Shown piece after piece: positions 10,986 to 19,904 of a stretch of 32,000 nucleotides of DNA. This DNA is from Vibrio cholerae ATCC 14035 (lineage in GTDB: Bacteria; Pseudomonadota; Gammaproteobacteria; Enterobacterales; Vibrionaceae): assembly GCF_000621645.1 (NCBI RefSeq), contig NZ_JHXR01000021.1:37290-69289 (forward strand), written 5' to 3'. The notes under the pieces were generated by a model. The model made no database searches and had not been told where the DNA came from. It worked only from the letters and a program-made list of their open reading frames with translations. The translations under genes and the position numbers were made by a program. The stretch's first letter is position 1. Each line of letters starts with the position of its first letter.

Positions 10986-11714
10986 ATGATTGCGTTATTG
11001 CGAATCTTGGCAGTGGCAGTGTTCGCTGTCTATATGTTTGTGTTTGGCTGCGGTTACTGTTTGTTCAGTCCACGTAACCCTAAGCATGTTTATACCTTTG
11101 GTAAGCAGTTTGCGGCGATGTCGAAAGTGTTCGGTATTAAGCTTGAATACCGCGCTCCGGCCGATGTCGATCAGCGTGGTCAGCACATTTATATTGCTAA
11201 CCACCAGAATAACTGGGATCTGTTTACCGTTTCTAAAGCGGTAACGCCAAAAGTGGTCACCGTCGGTAAGAAAAGTCTCGCGTGGATGCCACTGTTTGGT
11301 CAGCTTTATTGGTTGACGGGCAATATCCTGATTGATCGCGCCAACAAAGCCAAAGCCAAAGGCACCATTGATCAAGTGGTTGATTCGATGAAACAGAGCG
11401 ATGTTTCGGTGTGGATGTTTCCGGAAGGTACGCGCTCGCGTGGTCGCGGTTTATTGCCGTTTAAAGCGGGCGCTTTCCATGCGGCGATTGGTGCGGGTGT
11501 GCCGATTATTCCTATCGTGTGTAGCTCGACCGATAAGCTTAAATTCAACCGTTGGAACAACGGGCATGTGATTGTCGAAGTGTTGCCTCCCATCAGCACT
11601 GAAGGCTACAGCAAAGAGAATATCCGCGAGCTGTCACAGCACTGTTATGATCTGATGAAAGCCAAACTGGCACAGTTGGATGCCGAAGTGGCTGAGCTGA
11701 ACCGTAAAGCCTAG
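10986..11714 (+). CDS. plsC: 1-acyl-sn-glycerol-3-phosphate acyltransferase
   Basis: ORF-track start 10929 would include the murA terminator, so it is trimmed to ATG 10986 (MIALLRILAV...). HX4D motif NHQNNWD, plus FPEGTRSRGRGLLPFKAGAFHAA. Colinear with E. coli PlsC. Confidence 0.92.
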   Translation: MIALLRILAVAVFAVYMFVFGCGYCLFSPRNPKHVYTFGKQFAAMSKVFGIKLEYRAPADVDQRGQHIYIANHQNNWDLFTVSKAVTPKVVTVGKKSLAWMPLFGQLYWLTGNILIDRANKAKAKGTIDQVVDSMKQSDVSVWMFPEGTRSRGRGLLPFKAGAFHAAIGAGVPIIPIVCSSTDKLKFNRWNNGHVIVEVLPPISTEGYSKENIRELSQHCYDLMKAKLAQLDAEVAELNRKA

Positions 11715-11743
11715 CCGCAGTTTTGATCAAAACGAATAAAAAG

Positions 11744-11769
11744 AAAGGGTTGCCACTGGCAACCCTTTT
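11744..11769. terminator. bidirectional terminator between convergent plsC and ridA
   Basis: GGGTTGCC (11747-11754) pairs with GGCAACCC (11758-11765). An A-run precedes it and a T-run follows. Confidence 0.85.
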
Positions 11770-11794
11770 GGTATTTGAGATCCAATAAAATGGA

Positions 11795-12184
11795 TTACTT
11801 GCGTACTGCGATCGCTTCGATTTCGATGCCCACATCTTTTGGCAGACGTGCCACTTCAACACAAGAACGCGCTGGGTAGTGCGCCACTTTATGCTCATCA
11901 AAGAATGCGCCGTACACTTGGTTTACTGTGCCGAAGTCGTTGAGATCTTTGACGAATACGGTCATTTTTACAATGTCACCGACGGTTAGGCCAGAGGCTT
12001 CAACCACGGCTTTCACGTTATCCAGTGATTGGCGAGCTTGCGCAGCGATATCCGCAGGAATTTCACCCGTGGCTGGATTCACTGGGATTTGACCAGACGT
12101 CAGTACCATGTTGCCAAGATCAACACCTTGAATGTATGGGCCAATGGCTGCCGGAGCCGCGTCAGTATGCAGAACTTTTGTCAT
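11795..12184 (-). CDS. ridA: RidA/YjgF-family enamine/imine deaminase
   Basis: 129 aa, near-identical in pattern to E. coli RidA (APAAIGPYIQGVDLGNM, ARSCVEVARLPKDV.IEIEAIAVR). Lies downstream of pyrBI as in E. coli. Confidence 0.95.
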   Translation of the reverse strand: MTKVLHTDAAPAAIGPYIQGVDLGNMVLTSGQIPVNPATGEIPADIAAQARQSLDNVKAVVEASGLTVGDIVKMTVFVKDLNDFGTVNQVYGAFFDEHKVAHYPARSCVEVARLPKDVGIEIEAIAVRK

Positions 12185-12288
12185 CTTTCTTATCCGTTAG
12201 TGGTTCGAAAATCGCTGTTCAGTTTGCCTGTAAAGCTTTGGTAGGTAAAGCGCCGAGCTCTCATTTATCCCTATCTTGCTGACAGCGG

Positions 12289-12756
12289 TTAAGCTTCGAT
12301 TTCCGTGACCACATCGCGAGCAAACACTTTTTCGCAGTATTTGCATTTTAGGCGGATGTCGTTGTTCTTCTCAGAAAGCTTAAAGCTGCTTTCCACAGGC
12401 TCATTGTGTGAAATGCAGTTGCTGTTTGGGCAAGCAAACACATTGTTGATCCGCTCTGGCAGTTGCAGCGCCAACTTCTTCACCACTTCGTAGTTTTCAA
12501 TTTGGTTTACAGTCGCGTGTGGCGCGTACAGCGCGAGTTTGCTGGCTTGCGCTTCACTGATGAACACATTTTCAATCTTGAGCAGATCTTTGCTGCCGAG
12601 GGCAGAAGAAGGCAGATTGAGGCCGATGGTGACACGCTGCGTGGAGTTGTGCATATCAAACAGCTTCAGCACTTTAATCCCCACTTTGGCGGGAATGTGG
12701 TCAATGACCGTGCCGTTTTTGATCGCTTCAACTTGTAATTTCGTCTCTTTGCTCAT
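12289..12756 (-). CDS. pyrI: aspartate carbamoyltransferase regulatory chain
   Basis: 155 aa. [14 protein letters not shown] and the C-terminal zinc cluster CPNSNCISH...CKYCE. Confidence 0.96.
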   Translation of the reverse strand: MSKETKLQVEAIKNGTVIDHIPAKVGIKVLKLFDMHNSTQRVTIGLNLPSSALGSKDLLKIENVFISEAQASKLALYAPHATVNQIENYEVVKKLALQLPERINNVFACPNSNCISHNEPVESSFKLSEKNNDIRLKCKYCEKVFARDVVTEIEA

Positions 12757-12767
12757 GATTGCTCTCC

Positions 12768-13697
12768 TTACAGCGATTCGTTCAAAACTAGAGCCAGCAA
12801 GGCTTCACGGGCATAAACGCCGTTTTCAACTTGCTCGAAATAGTAAGCGTGTGGGGTTTTATCTACATCAGTGGTGATCTCATCCACCCGTGGTAGTGGG
12901 TGCAGCACTTTCAGGTTGCTACGCGCATCACTCAGGTGAGCTGCCGTTAAAATATAGGCCGACTTGATGTGGGCGTATTCTGACTCATCGAAACGCTCTT
13001 TCTGTACTCGCGTCATGTACAGAATATCCAGCTCTGGGATCACGCTTTCCATATCGCTGAACACTTGGTATTTCACACCAGCTTCATCCAGCTCTTCACA
13101 GATATAATCTGGCATCGCTAGGGCTTCCGGTGCCACAAAGTAGAAGCGGTTGTTATCAAATTTAGCCAGCGCTTGTGCCAGCGAATGCACGGTGCGGCCA
13201 TATTTTAAATCACCAACGAACGCAACATCGAGGTTGTCGAGACGGCCTTGAGTTTCAAAAATCGAATAAAGATCGAGCAGGGTTTGCGATGGGTGTTGGT
13301 TTGAACCGTCCCCAGCATTAATCACAGGGATGCCGTTAGAGAATTCAGACGCTAAACGCGCGGCACCTTCTTGCGGATGACGCATCACAAAAGCATCAAC
13401 ATAAGAGGAGATGACGCGTACTGAATCGGCTAGGGTTTCGCCTTTCTTCGCCAGTGACGTGTTGCCGCCGTTATCAAAGCCAATCACGCTGCCACCGATA
13501 CGTTGGATTGCTGTCTCGAATGAGAGGCGAGTACGGGTGGAAGGTTCAAAGAAACAGCTGGCCACGACCTTGTGCTTGATCAGCTCTGGATTCGGTTGTG
13601 CCTTCAGTTGGCCTGCGGTTTTCACAATCAACTCCAACTCAGCGCGTGAGAGTTCAGCAATGGAGATGATGTGCTTTTGGTAAAGCGAATTCGCCAT
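12768..13697 (-). CDS. pyrB: aspartate carbamoyltransferase catalytic chain
   Basis: ORF-track start 13760 trimmed to ATG 13695-13697 ([13 protein letters not shown]...), preceded by an AGGGAAG Shine-Dalgarno. STRTR and HPLPR motifs present. Confidence 0.95.
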   Translation of the reverse strand: MANSLYQKHIISIAELSRAELELIVKTAGQLKAQPNPELIKHKVVASCFFEPSTRTRLSFETAIQRIGGSVIGFDNGGNTSLAKKGETLADSVRVISSYVDAFVMRHPQEGAARLASEFSNGIPVINAGDGSNQHPSQTLLDLYSIFETQGRLDNLDVAFVGDLKYGRTVHSLAQALAKFDNNRFYFVAPEALAMPDYICEELDEAGVKYQVFSDMESVIPELDILYMTRVQKERFDESEYAHIKSAYILTAAHLSDARSNLKVLHPLPRVDEITTDVDKTPHAYYFEQVENGVYAREALLALVLNESL

Positions 13698-13727
13698 GAT
13701 CGTCTTCCCTATATTTTCTAACAGCCA

Positions 13728-13755
13728 TAAAAAAGCCCCCCATAAGGGAGGCTTT
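13728..13755 (-). terminator. pyrBI attenuator (leader rho-independent terminator)
   Basis: In minus-sense RNA, AAGCCUCCC pairs with GGGGGGCUU around a UUAU loop, followed by UUUUUUA. It lies about 30 nt upstream of the pyrB ATG and directly abuts the leader-ORF stop codon. Confidence 0.8.
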
Positions 13756-13849
13756 AACAAATCGATGAGGGGAAAAACAGTGAAGCCAGTAAGCTAATTT
13801 GCTTACTACGATGGACACTGCTTTGAGCTGCACTCTGTGCAAATTTCAT
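13754..13849 (-). CDS. pyrL: candidate pyrBI leader peptide, 31 aa ([31 protein letters not shown])
   Basis: ATG 13847-13849 is preceded by GAGGGG 6 nt upstream. The ORF crosses a U-rich pause tract (CUGUUUUUCCCC) and its TAA (13754-13756) touches the attenuator stem. This geometry matches E. coli pyrL, but the peptide sequence itself is not recognisably conserved. Confidence 0.5.
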   Translation of the reverse strand: MKFAQSAAQSSVHRSKQISLLASLFFPSSIC

Positions 13850-13876
13850 TGGCTACCCCTCAGACAAACGCTCGGC

Positions 13877-13904
13877 ATTATACGCCGAAAGGCTGTGAGC
13901 GCAA
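13877..13904 (-). promoter_or_regulatory. candidate sigma-70 promoter of the pyrLBI operon
   Basis: Minus strand: TTGCGC, 16-nt spacer, TATAAT, placed 28 nt upstream of the leader ATG. Confidence 0.55.
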
Positions 13905-13946
13905 GCGATTACATCACAGAGTCAGGGATATTAAATCAGTGGCACG

Positions 13947-14951
13947 CTATTGGCCTAAAGTGGCGACCATCACCGCCTTGATGGTGTGCAGTCGGTTTTC
14001 CGCTTCATCAAACACAATCGAGTATTCTGACTCAAACACCTCTTCGGTGACTTCCAATCCTTGCATGCCGTATTTGGCCGCAATCTCTTGGCCCACTTTG
14101 GTTTGGTCATCATGGAATGCCGGTAAGCAGTGCATGAATTTGACCTGTGGATTGCCTGTTGCTTTGATGACATCCATGTTGACTTGATATGGCTTCATTA
14201 ACGCCACCCGCTCATCCCACGCATCCGCCGCTTCGCCCATCGAAACCCATACATCGGTGTAAAGGAAATCACAGCCTTTTACGCCTTCTTGAACCTCTTC
14301 GGTCAAAGTGATTTTGGCTCCAGTTTGCTTGGCAATCTCTTGGCAGGTTGCCACTAAGGCATCGTTTGGCCAGTACGCTTTCGGCGCGACTAAGCGAATA
14401 TCCATGCCCATTTTGGCTGCGCCCACCATCAGGGAATTGCCCATGTTGTTGCGTGCATCGCCAAGGTAAGCAAACTTCATTTCATGCAATTGTTTACCGC
14501 GTCCGTGCTCTTGCATAGTGAGAAGGTCGGCCAAGATCTGCGTGGGGTGAAACTCATCCGTTAAGCCATTCCACACTGGCACCCCCGCGTATTGTCCGAG
14601 CACCTCAACAATCTCTTGGCCGAAGCCACGGTATTGAATGCCATCGTACATGCGGCCTAGAACACGTGCGGTATCTTTCATCGACTCTTTATGGCCAATT
14701 TGCGAGCCAGAAGGGCCGATGTAAGAAACTTGTGCACCTTGATCAAACGCCGCCACTTCAAAGGCACAGCGAGTACGGGTCGATGACTTTTCAAAGATCA
14801 ACGCAATGTTTTTGCCTTGCAGGGTTTTCTGCTCGGTGCCTGCGTATTTGGCGCGTTTTAGCTCGGCAGACAGATCCAGCAGGAAGTGGATCTCTTTTGG
14901 GGTGAAGTCGAGCAGTTTTAAAAAGTTGCGGTTACGTAAATTGAAAGCCAT
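13947..14951 (-). CDS. argF: ornithine carbamoyltransferase
   Basis: 334 aa. [13 protein letters not shown] and HCLPAFH motifs. Adjacent to pyrBI, like E. coli argI. Confidence 0.95.
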   Translation of the reverse strand: MAFNLRNRNFLKLLDFTPKEIHFLLDLSAELKRAKYAGTEQKTLQGKNIALIFEKSSTRTRCAFEVAAFDQGAQVSYIGPSGSQIGHKESMKDTARVLGRMYDGIQYRGFGQEIVEVLGQYAGVPVWNGLTDEFHPTQILADLLTMQEHGRGKQLHEMKFAYLGDARNNMGNSLMVGAAKMGMDIRLVAPKAYWPNDALVATCQEIAKQTGAKITLTEEVQEGVKGCDFLYTDVWVSMGEAADAWDERVALMKPYQVNMDVIKATGNPQVKFMHCLPAFHDDQTKVGQEIAAKYGMQGLEVTEEVFESEYSIVFDEAENRLHTIKAVMVATLGQ

Positions 14952-14989
14952 TTCCCTATCCTCGTTTGGCGATTCCAGTTGCGGCTAGT

Positions 14990-15028
14990 AAAGCATGAAA
15001 ATGCTATAAAAGTGAATAAATATTTTAA
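14990..15028 (-). promoter_or_regulatory. candidate tandem ARG boxes (ArgR operator) upstream of argF
   Basis: Two 5-4-5 palindromic cores separated as in the E. coli 18-3-18 layout. The first is TGAATAAATATTTT (15013-15026; one half is a perfect TGAAT). The second is AGCATGAAAATGCT (14992-15005; a perfect AGCAT/ATGCT palindrome). They lie 40-75 nt upstream of the argF ATG. Confidence 0.4.
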
Positions 15029-15067
15029 ATTAAATAAAGAAAAGGCAAGGGAGGATAGATTTTGTGA

Positions 15068-15092
15068 GGCGAGATGCACATAACATCTCGCC
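15068..15092 (-). terminator. GC-rich hairpin after the PIN-PhoH gene (non-canonical terminator candidate)
   Basis: GGCGAGATG pairs with CATCTCGCC (9 bp) around a 7-nt loop, starting 9 nt after the stop codon. No clean U-tract follows on either strand. Confidence 0.4.
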
Positions 15093-15100
15093 AAAAGTGA

Positions 15101-16477
15101 TTATAAATTCTCTTCGGCGAATTCAGCCAAACGGCTGCGTACTACGCCATTGAGGTGGATGTTGGCGCTGCCTTCAAAGTTTTTGAAGCGCTCAACCATG
15201 TAGGTAAGGCCTGAGGTGACAGGGGTTAAATAGTGAGAGTCAATCTGCGCTAAGTTACCTGAGCAGACAATCTTGGTGCCTTCACCACAGCGGGTGATGA
15301 TGGTTTTGATCTGCGAGGCGGTGAGGTTTTGACACTCATCGAGCAGCACGAAGGCGTTTTGGATTGAACGACCACGCATAAAGTTGATCGATTTAAACTG
15401 AATGTTGGCTTTATCGCAGATGTATTTGAGCGAGCCATCGGTACAGTGATCATTTTTATGCAGCGCTTCTAAGGTATCGGTGACGGAAGCGAGCCACGGC
15501 ATCATCTTTTCCTCTTCCGTGCCGGGCAGGAAACCAATTGATTCGCCGATATCAGGGGTGTTGCGAGTAACGATGATTTTATCGAACATTTTGCGCTCGA
15601 CGGTTTGCTCCAGTGCTGCCGCCATCGCCAGTAAGGTTTTACCACTGCCCGCCGCACCGGTCAGGATCACCAGATCGATATCCGGATCGAGCAGTGCGTC
15701 CAGCGCCATCCCTTGGTAGATATTTTTTGGGGTGATGCCCCACGCTTTGCGATGCATCATGCGTTCACGGCTCAGATCGCGCAGCGTCAATTTATCGCCA
15801 TCGATGGTTTCGACCCGCGCGGCAAAGTCGCTGTCTTCATCAATGACATATTGGTTGAGGAAGGTTGGATCGAATGGTGCACGATCCAGCTTATGGAAGG
15901 TTTTGCCACCGAGCGTGTAGCTCGCGACATCTTCCACGCTGTCCCAAAAACTACCGGGACGAGTTTGAAAGCCCTTGGTCAGATATTGAATATCATCAAT
16001 CAGTTGGTCGGTGCGGTAGTCTTCCACATACAACACGCCTGCACCTTTGGCGCGCAAACGCATGTTGATGTCTTTAGTCACCAGCACCACGGCGCGTGGT
16101 GTACGCTGAGCTTGCAGGTAAAGCACGGCATTGAGGATCCGGTTATCGCCCTCTTTGTCGGTAAAGGCTTTGACGGTTTCATCCAGTTCATAATCGGCGA
16201 GGATCGAGATGGTTCCTGTTGCGCCCTCTTGCTTAGAAAGCGGGATCCCTTCGGTGATTTCTTCGGGAGTGGCATCGTGGAATAAGTGTTCCAAAGCCCG
16301 AATCGCTACGCGTGCATCGCGCGCCACATCGCGTTTGCTGTCTTTGATTCGGTCAAGTTCTTCAAGAACGGTCATTGGGATGACCACGTCGTGCTCTTTA
16401 AAAGAGTAAATCGCGAGAGGTTCGTGGAGTAGGATATTGGTATCCAGTACAAACAGTTTCCGATCGGTATCGCCCAT
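15101..16477 (-). CDS. PIN-domain ribonuclease fused to a PhoH-like P-loop ATPase (PhoH2/YlaK type)
   Basis: 458 aa. N-terminal PIN acidic residues lie in VLDTNILLH, TVLEELD, GDNRILN and VTKDINMR. The C-terminal PhoH domain has Walker A GAAGSGKT and Walker B VLLDECQN. Confidence 0.88.
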   Translation of the reverse strand: MGDTDRKLFVLDTNILLHEPLAIYSFKEHDVVIPMTVLEELDRIKDSKRDVARDARVAIRALEHLFHDATPEEITEGIPLSKQEGATGTISILADYELDETVKAFTDKEGDNRILNAVLYLQAQRTPRAVVLVTKDINMRLRAKGAGVLYVEDYRTDQLIDDIQYLTKGFQTRPGSFWDSVEDVASYTLGGKTFHKLDRAPFDPTFLNQYVIDEDSDFAARVETIDGDKLTLRDLSRERMMHRKAWGITPKNIYQGMALDALLDPDIDLVILTGAAGSGKTLLAMAAALEQTVERKMFDKIIVTRNTPDIGESIGFLPGTEEEKMMPWLASVTDTLEALHKNDHCTDGSLKYICDKANIQFKSINFMRGRSIQNAFVLLDECQNLTASQIKTIITRCGEGTKIVCSGNLAQIDSHYLTPVTSGLTYMVERFKNFEGSANIHLNGVVRSRLAEFAEENL

Positions 16478-16898
16478 AAGCGGCTCCTTGCTACATGTAG
16501 CATGCTTTATCGTGGATGTTCACAAGCGGCCTGTAGGATCGTACGTTCAGGTGAGCGTTACGATCATTGTCGACTTGCTGCAAACCCGTGTTGATACTCT
16601 CTGTTTGAACTTGCAGGCTTTGTGCCAATCTTTTTTTGACACAAACACCGCGCCTTCAACCTGAGTATAGCAATCATCTTGTTAACAAATGCCACTCATT
16701 TTTGACAATTTGATGTCACCCAAAAGCTGTAGAAAAAAAAGCGCGTAACGGCGGGGAATGGGCGTGACCTGTATCACGCCATCAAGTAAGATTAGCGGCC
16801 TTTTTCTGCACTCAAAGCGGTCAGCATCCATAATAAAAAGCTGGCTGAAGTGAAGTGTAAAAATTCTCTGCAACGCTATTTGATGAGGTAGTCCATTC

Positions 16899-19808
16899 AT
16901 GTCATTTGCTTTAGGGCAACGCTGGATAAGCGATACGGAAAGTGATCTCGGGTTAGGTACTGTGGTGGCGCTTGATGCGCGTACAGTGACCTTGATGTTT
17001 GCAGCATCGGAAGAAAATCGTGTGTATGCACGTTCAGATGCGCCGGTCACCCGTGTGATCTTTAATGTCGGCGATGTGGTGGATAGTCAGCAAGGCTGGT
17101 CGTTACAAGTTGAACAAGTGGTGGAAGACCAAGGCGTCTACACCTATCTAGGCACCCGAGTGGATACCGAAGAAAGCGGTGTCGCGCTGCGTGAAATTTT
17201 CCTCAGTAACCAAATTCGTTTTAATAAACCGCAGGACAAGTTGTTTGCCGGTCAAATCGATCGCATGGACAACTTCGTGCTGCGTTATCGCGCTCTAGCC
17301 AATCAATATCAACAGCACAAAAGCCCAATGCGTGGCTTGTGTGGTATGCGCGCTGGGCTGATCCCGCATCAGTTGTACATTGCCCATGAAGTCGGTCGCC
17401 GCCATGCGCCACGCGTATTGTTAGCCGATGAAGTCGGTTTGGGTAAAACCATCGAAGCGGGCATGATCATCCATCAGCAAGTGCTGACCGGGCGTGCCGA
17501 GCGCATCCTGATTGTGGTGCCTGAAACGCTGCAACACCAATGGTTGGTGGAGATGATGCGCCGTTTCAACCTGCACTTTTCGATTTTTGATGAAGAGCGC
17601 TGTGTGGAAGCCTTTAGCGAGGCCGATAACCCATTTGAAACTCAGCAGTATGTGCTGTGTTCACTCGATTTCTTGCGTAAAAGCCGCCAGCGTTTTGAAC
17701 AAGCCTTGGAAGCGGAATGGGATTTATTGGTCGTCGATGAAGCTCACCATCTTGAGTGGCACCCAGAAAAGCCAAGCCGCGAATATCAAGTGATTGAAGC
17801 TCTGGCCGAACAGACTCCGGGCGTACTGCTATTGACGGCAACGCCTGAGCAGTTAGGTCGTGAAAGCCACTTTGCTCGTCTGCGCCTGCTGGATGCAGAT
17901 CGTTTCTACGATTACGAAGCCTTTGTTAAAGAAGAAGAGCAATACGCACCCGTTGCCGATGCCGTTACTGCGCTGTTCAGCGGTGAGAAGCTGAGTGATG
18001 AAGCGAAAAACAAAATCACTGAGCTATTGTCTGAGCAAGATGTGGAGCCGCTGTTTAAAGCGTTGGAAAGCCACGCCAGCGAGGACGAAATTGCTTTGGC
18101 GCGCCAAGAGCTGATCGACAATCTGATGGATCGCCACGGTACTGGGCGTGTGTTGTTCCGTAACACGCGTGCGGCAATCAAAGGCTTCCCAGTGCGTAAT
18201 GTGCATTTGCTGCCATTGGAGATCCCTTCTCAATACACCACGTCAATGCGTGTTGCGGGCATGCTCGGCGGTAAACTGACGCCAGAAGCGCGCGCGATGA
18301 AAATGCTCTACCCGGAAGAGATTTTCCAAGAGTTTGAAGGTGACGAATCAAGCTGGTGGCAATTTGACTCACGCGTTAACTGGTTGCTCGAAAAAGTCAA
18401 AGCCAAACGCAGCGAGAAGATCCTCGTCATCGCTTCACGTGCCAGCACCGCGTTGCAGCTAGAGCAGGCCTTGCGTGAACGTGAAGGCATTCGCGCAACG
18501 GTATTTCATGAAGGCATGTCGATTATTGAGCGTGACAAAGCCGCTGCTTACTTTGCCCAAGAAGAGGGCGGTGCGCAGGTGTTGATCTGTAGTGAAATCG
18601 GCTCCGAAGGTCGTAACTTCCAGTTTGCGAACCAATTGGTGATGTTTGATCTGCCGTTCAACCCAGACTTGCTGGAGCAGCGTATCGGGCGTTTGGACCG
18701 TATCGGCCAAAAGCGTGATATCGATGTGTACGTGCCGTATTTGACCGAAACGTCACAAGCGATTTTGGCGCGTTGGTTTCAAGAAGGTTTGAATGCCTTT
18801 GCGGAAACCTGTCCAACGGGTCGTGCGGTGTACGATGCCTTCGCTGAGCGTTTAATCCCAATTCTGGCCGCTGGTGGCGGTGAAGAGCTGGAAGTGATCA
18901 TCGAAGAGTCAGCCAAGCTCAACAAAACACTGAAATCGCAGCTGGAAGTCGGGCGTGATCGCTTGTTGGAAATGCATTCTAACGGTGGCGAAAAAGCGCA
19001 GCAGATTGCCGAGCAGATCGCGAAAACCGATGGCGATACCAATCTGGTGACGTTTGCCTTGAGCCTGTTTGATGCGATTGGTCTGCATCAGGAAGATCGT
19101 GGCGAGAATGCTCTAGTGGTCACTCCTGCCGAACACATGATGGTGCCAAGCTATCCGGGCCTCCCTTATGAAGGCGCCACCATTACCTTTGATCGTGACA
19201 CCGCACTGTCGCGTGAAGATATGCACTTCATCAGTTGGGAACACCCCATGGTGCAAGGTGGCATTGATTTACTGATGAGTGAAGGGGTGGGCACTTGCGC
19301 GGTGTCGCTGTTGAAAAACAAAGCACTGCCAGTGGGTACTATCTTGCTGGAGCTGGTGTATGTGGTGGATGCCCAAGCGCCGAAACGCAGTGGCATCAGC
19401 CGCTTCTTGCCTGTCTCGCCAATCCGAATTCTGATGGATGCGCGCGGTAATGATCTCTCTTCGCAAGTGGAGTTTGAAAGCTTTAACCGTCAGCTCAGCC
19501 CAGTGAATCGTCATTTGGCCAGCAAGCTGGTGAGTTCAGTACAGCATGACGTGCATCGTTTGATTACGGCAAGTGAAGCGGCGGTTGAACCGCGAGTGAG
19601 CGCGATTCGTGAACAAGCGCAGCGTGATATGCAGCAGAGCCTTAACAGCGAGTTGGAGCGTTTGCTGGCACTCAAAGCGGTTAACCCGAACATTCGTGAT
19701 GAAGAGATCGAAGTGCTGGAGCAGCAAATCAAAGAGTTGACTGGCTATATTGCGCAGGCGCAGTATCAGCTGGATTCACTGCGTTTGATTGTGGTGGCAC
19801 ACAACTGA
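16899..19808 (+). CDS. rapA: RNA polymerase-associated SWI2/SNF2 ATPase RapA (HepA)
   Basis: 969 aa. Begins [22 protein letters not shown]. Helicase motif I DEVGLGKT, motif II DEAHH, motif [13 protein letters not shown]. Confidence 0.96.
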
Positions 19809-19814
19809 TGACGT

Positions 19815-19844
19815 AGGCCCTCAAAACGAGGGCCTTGTTTTATT
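19815..19844 (+). terminator. rho-independent terminator after rapA
   Basis: AGGCCCTC pairs with GAGGGCCT around an AAAAC loop, followed by TGTTTTATT. Confidence 0.75.
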
Positions 19845-19904
19845 CCCCGTTGGCGACATTTTGCGTATATAATGCGCCGTTTTTTGTGATACGAGACGAT
19901 AGCG

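Noticed and set aside
13654-13842. 62-aa minus-strand ORF spanning the pyrB upstream region.
   Set aside because: It is in a different frame from the Shine-Dalgarno-preceded 31-codon leader ORF and reads through the attenuator into pyrB. It is not consistent with the attenuation geometry.
15713-16285. Long ORFs antisense to real genes. Examples: 15713..16285 opposite PIN-PhoH, 9939..10421 opposite murA, 4877..5374 opposite yrbG, 21816..22247 opposite valS, 16682..17050 overlapping the rapA start.
   Set aside because: These are mirror-frame artefacts opposite strongly conserved genes. They show no motifs or Shine-Dalgarno sequences and have skewed Ser/Arg/Ala-rich composition.
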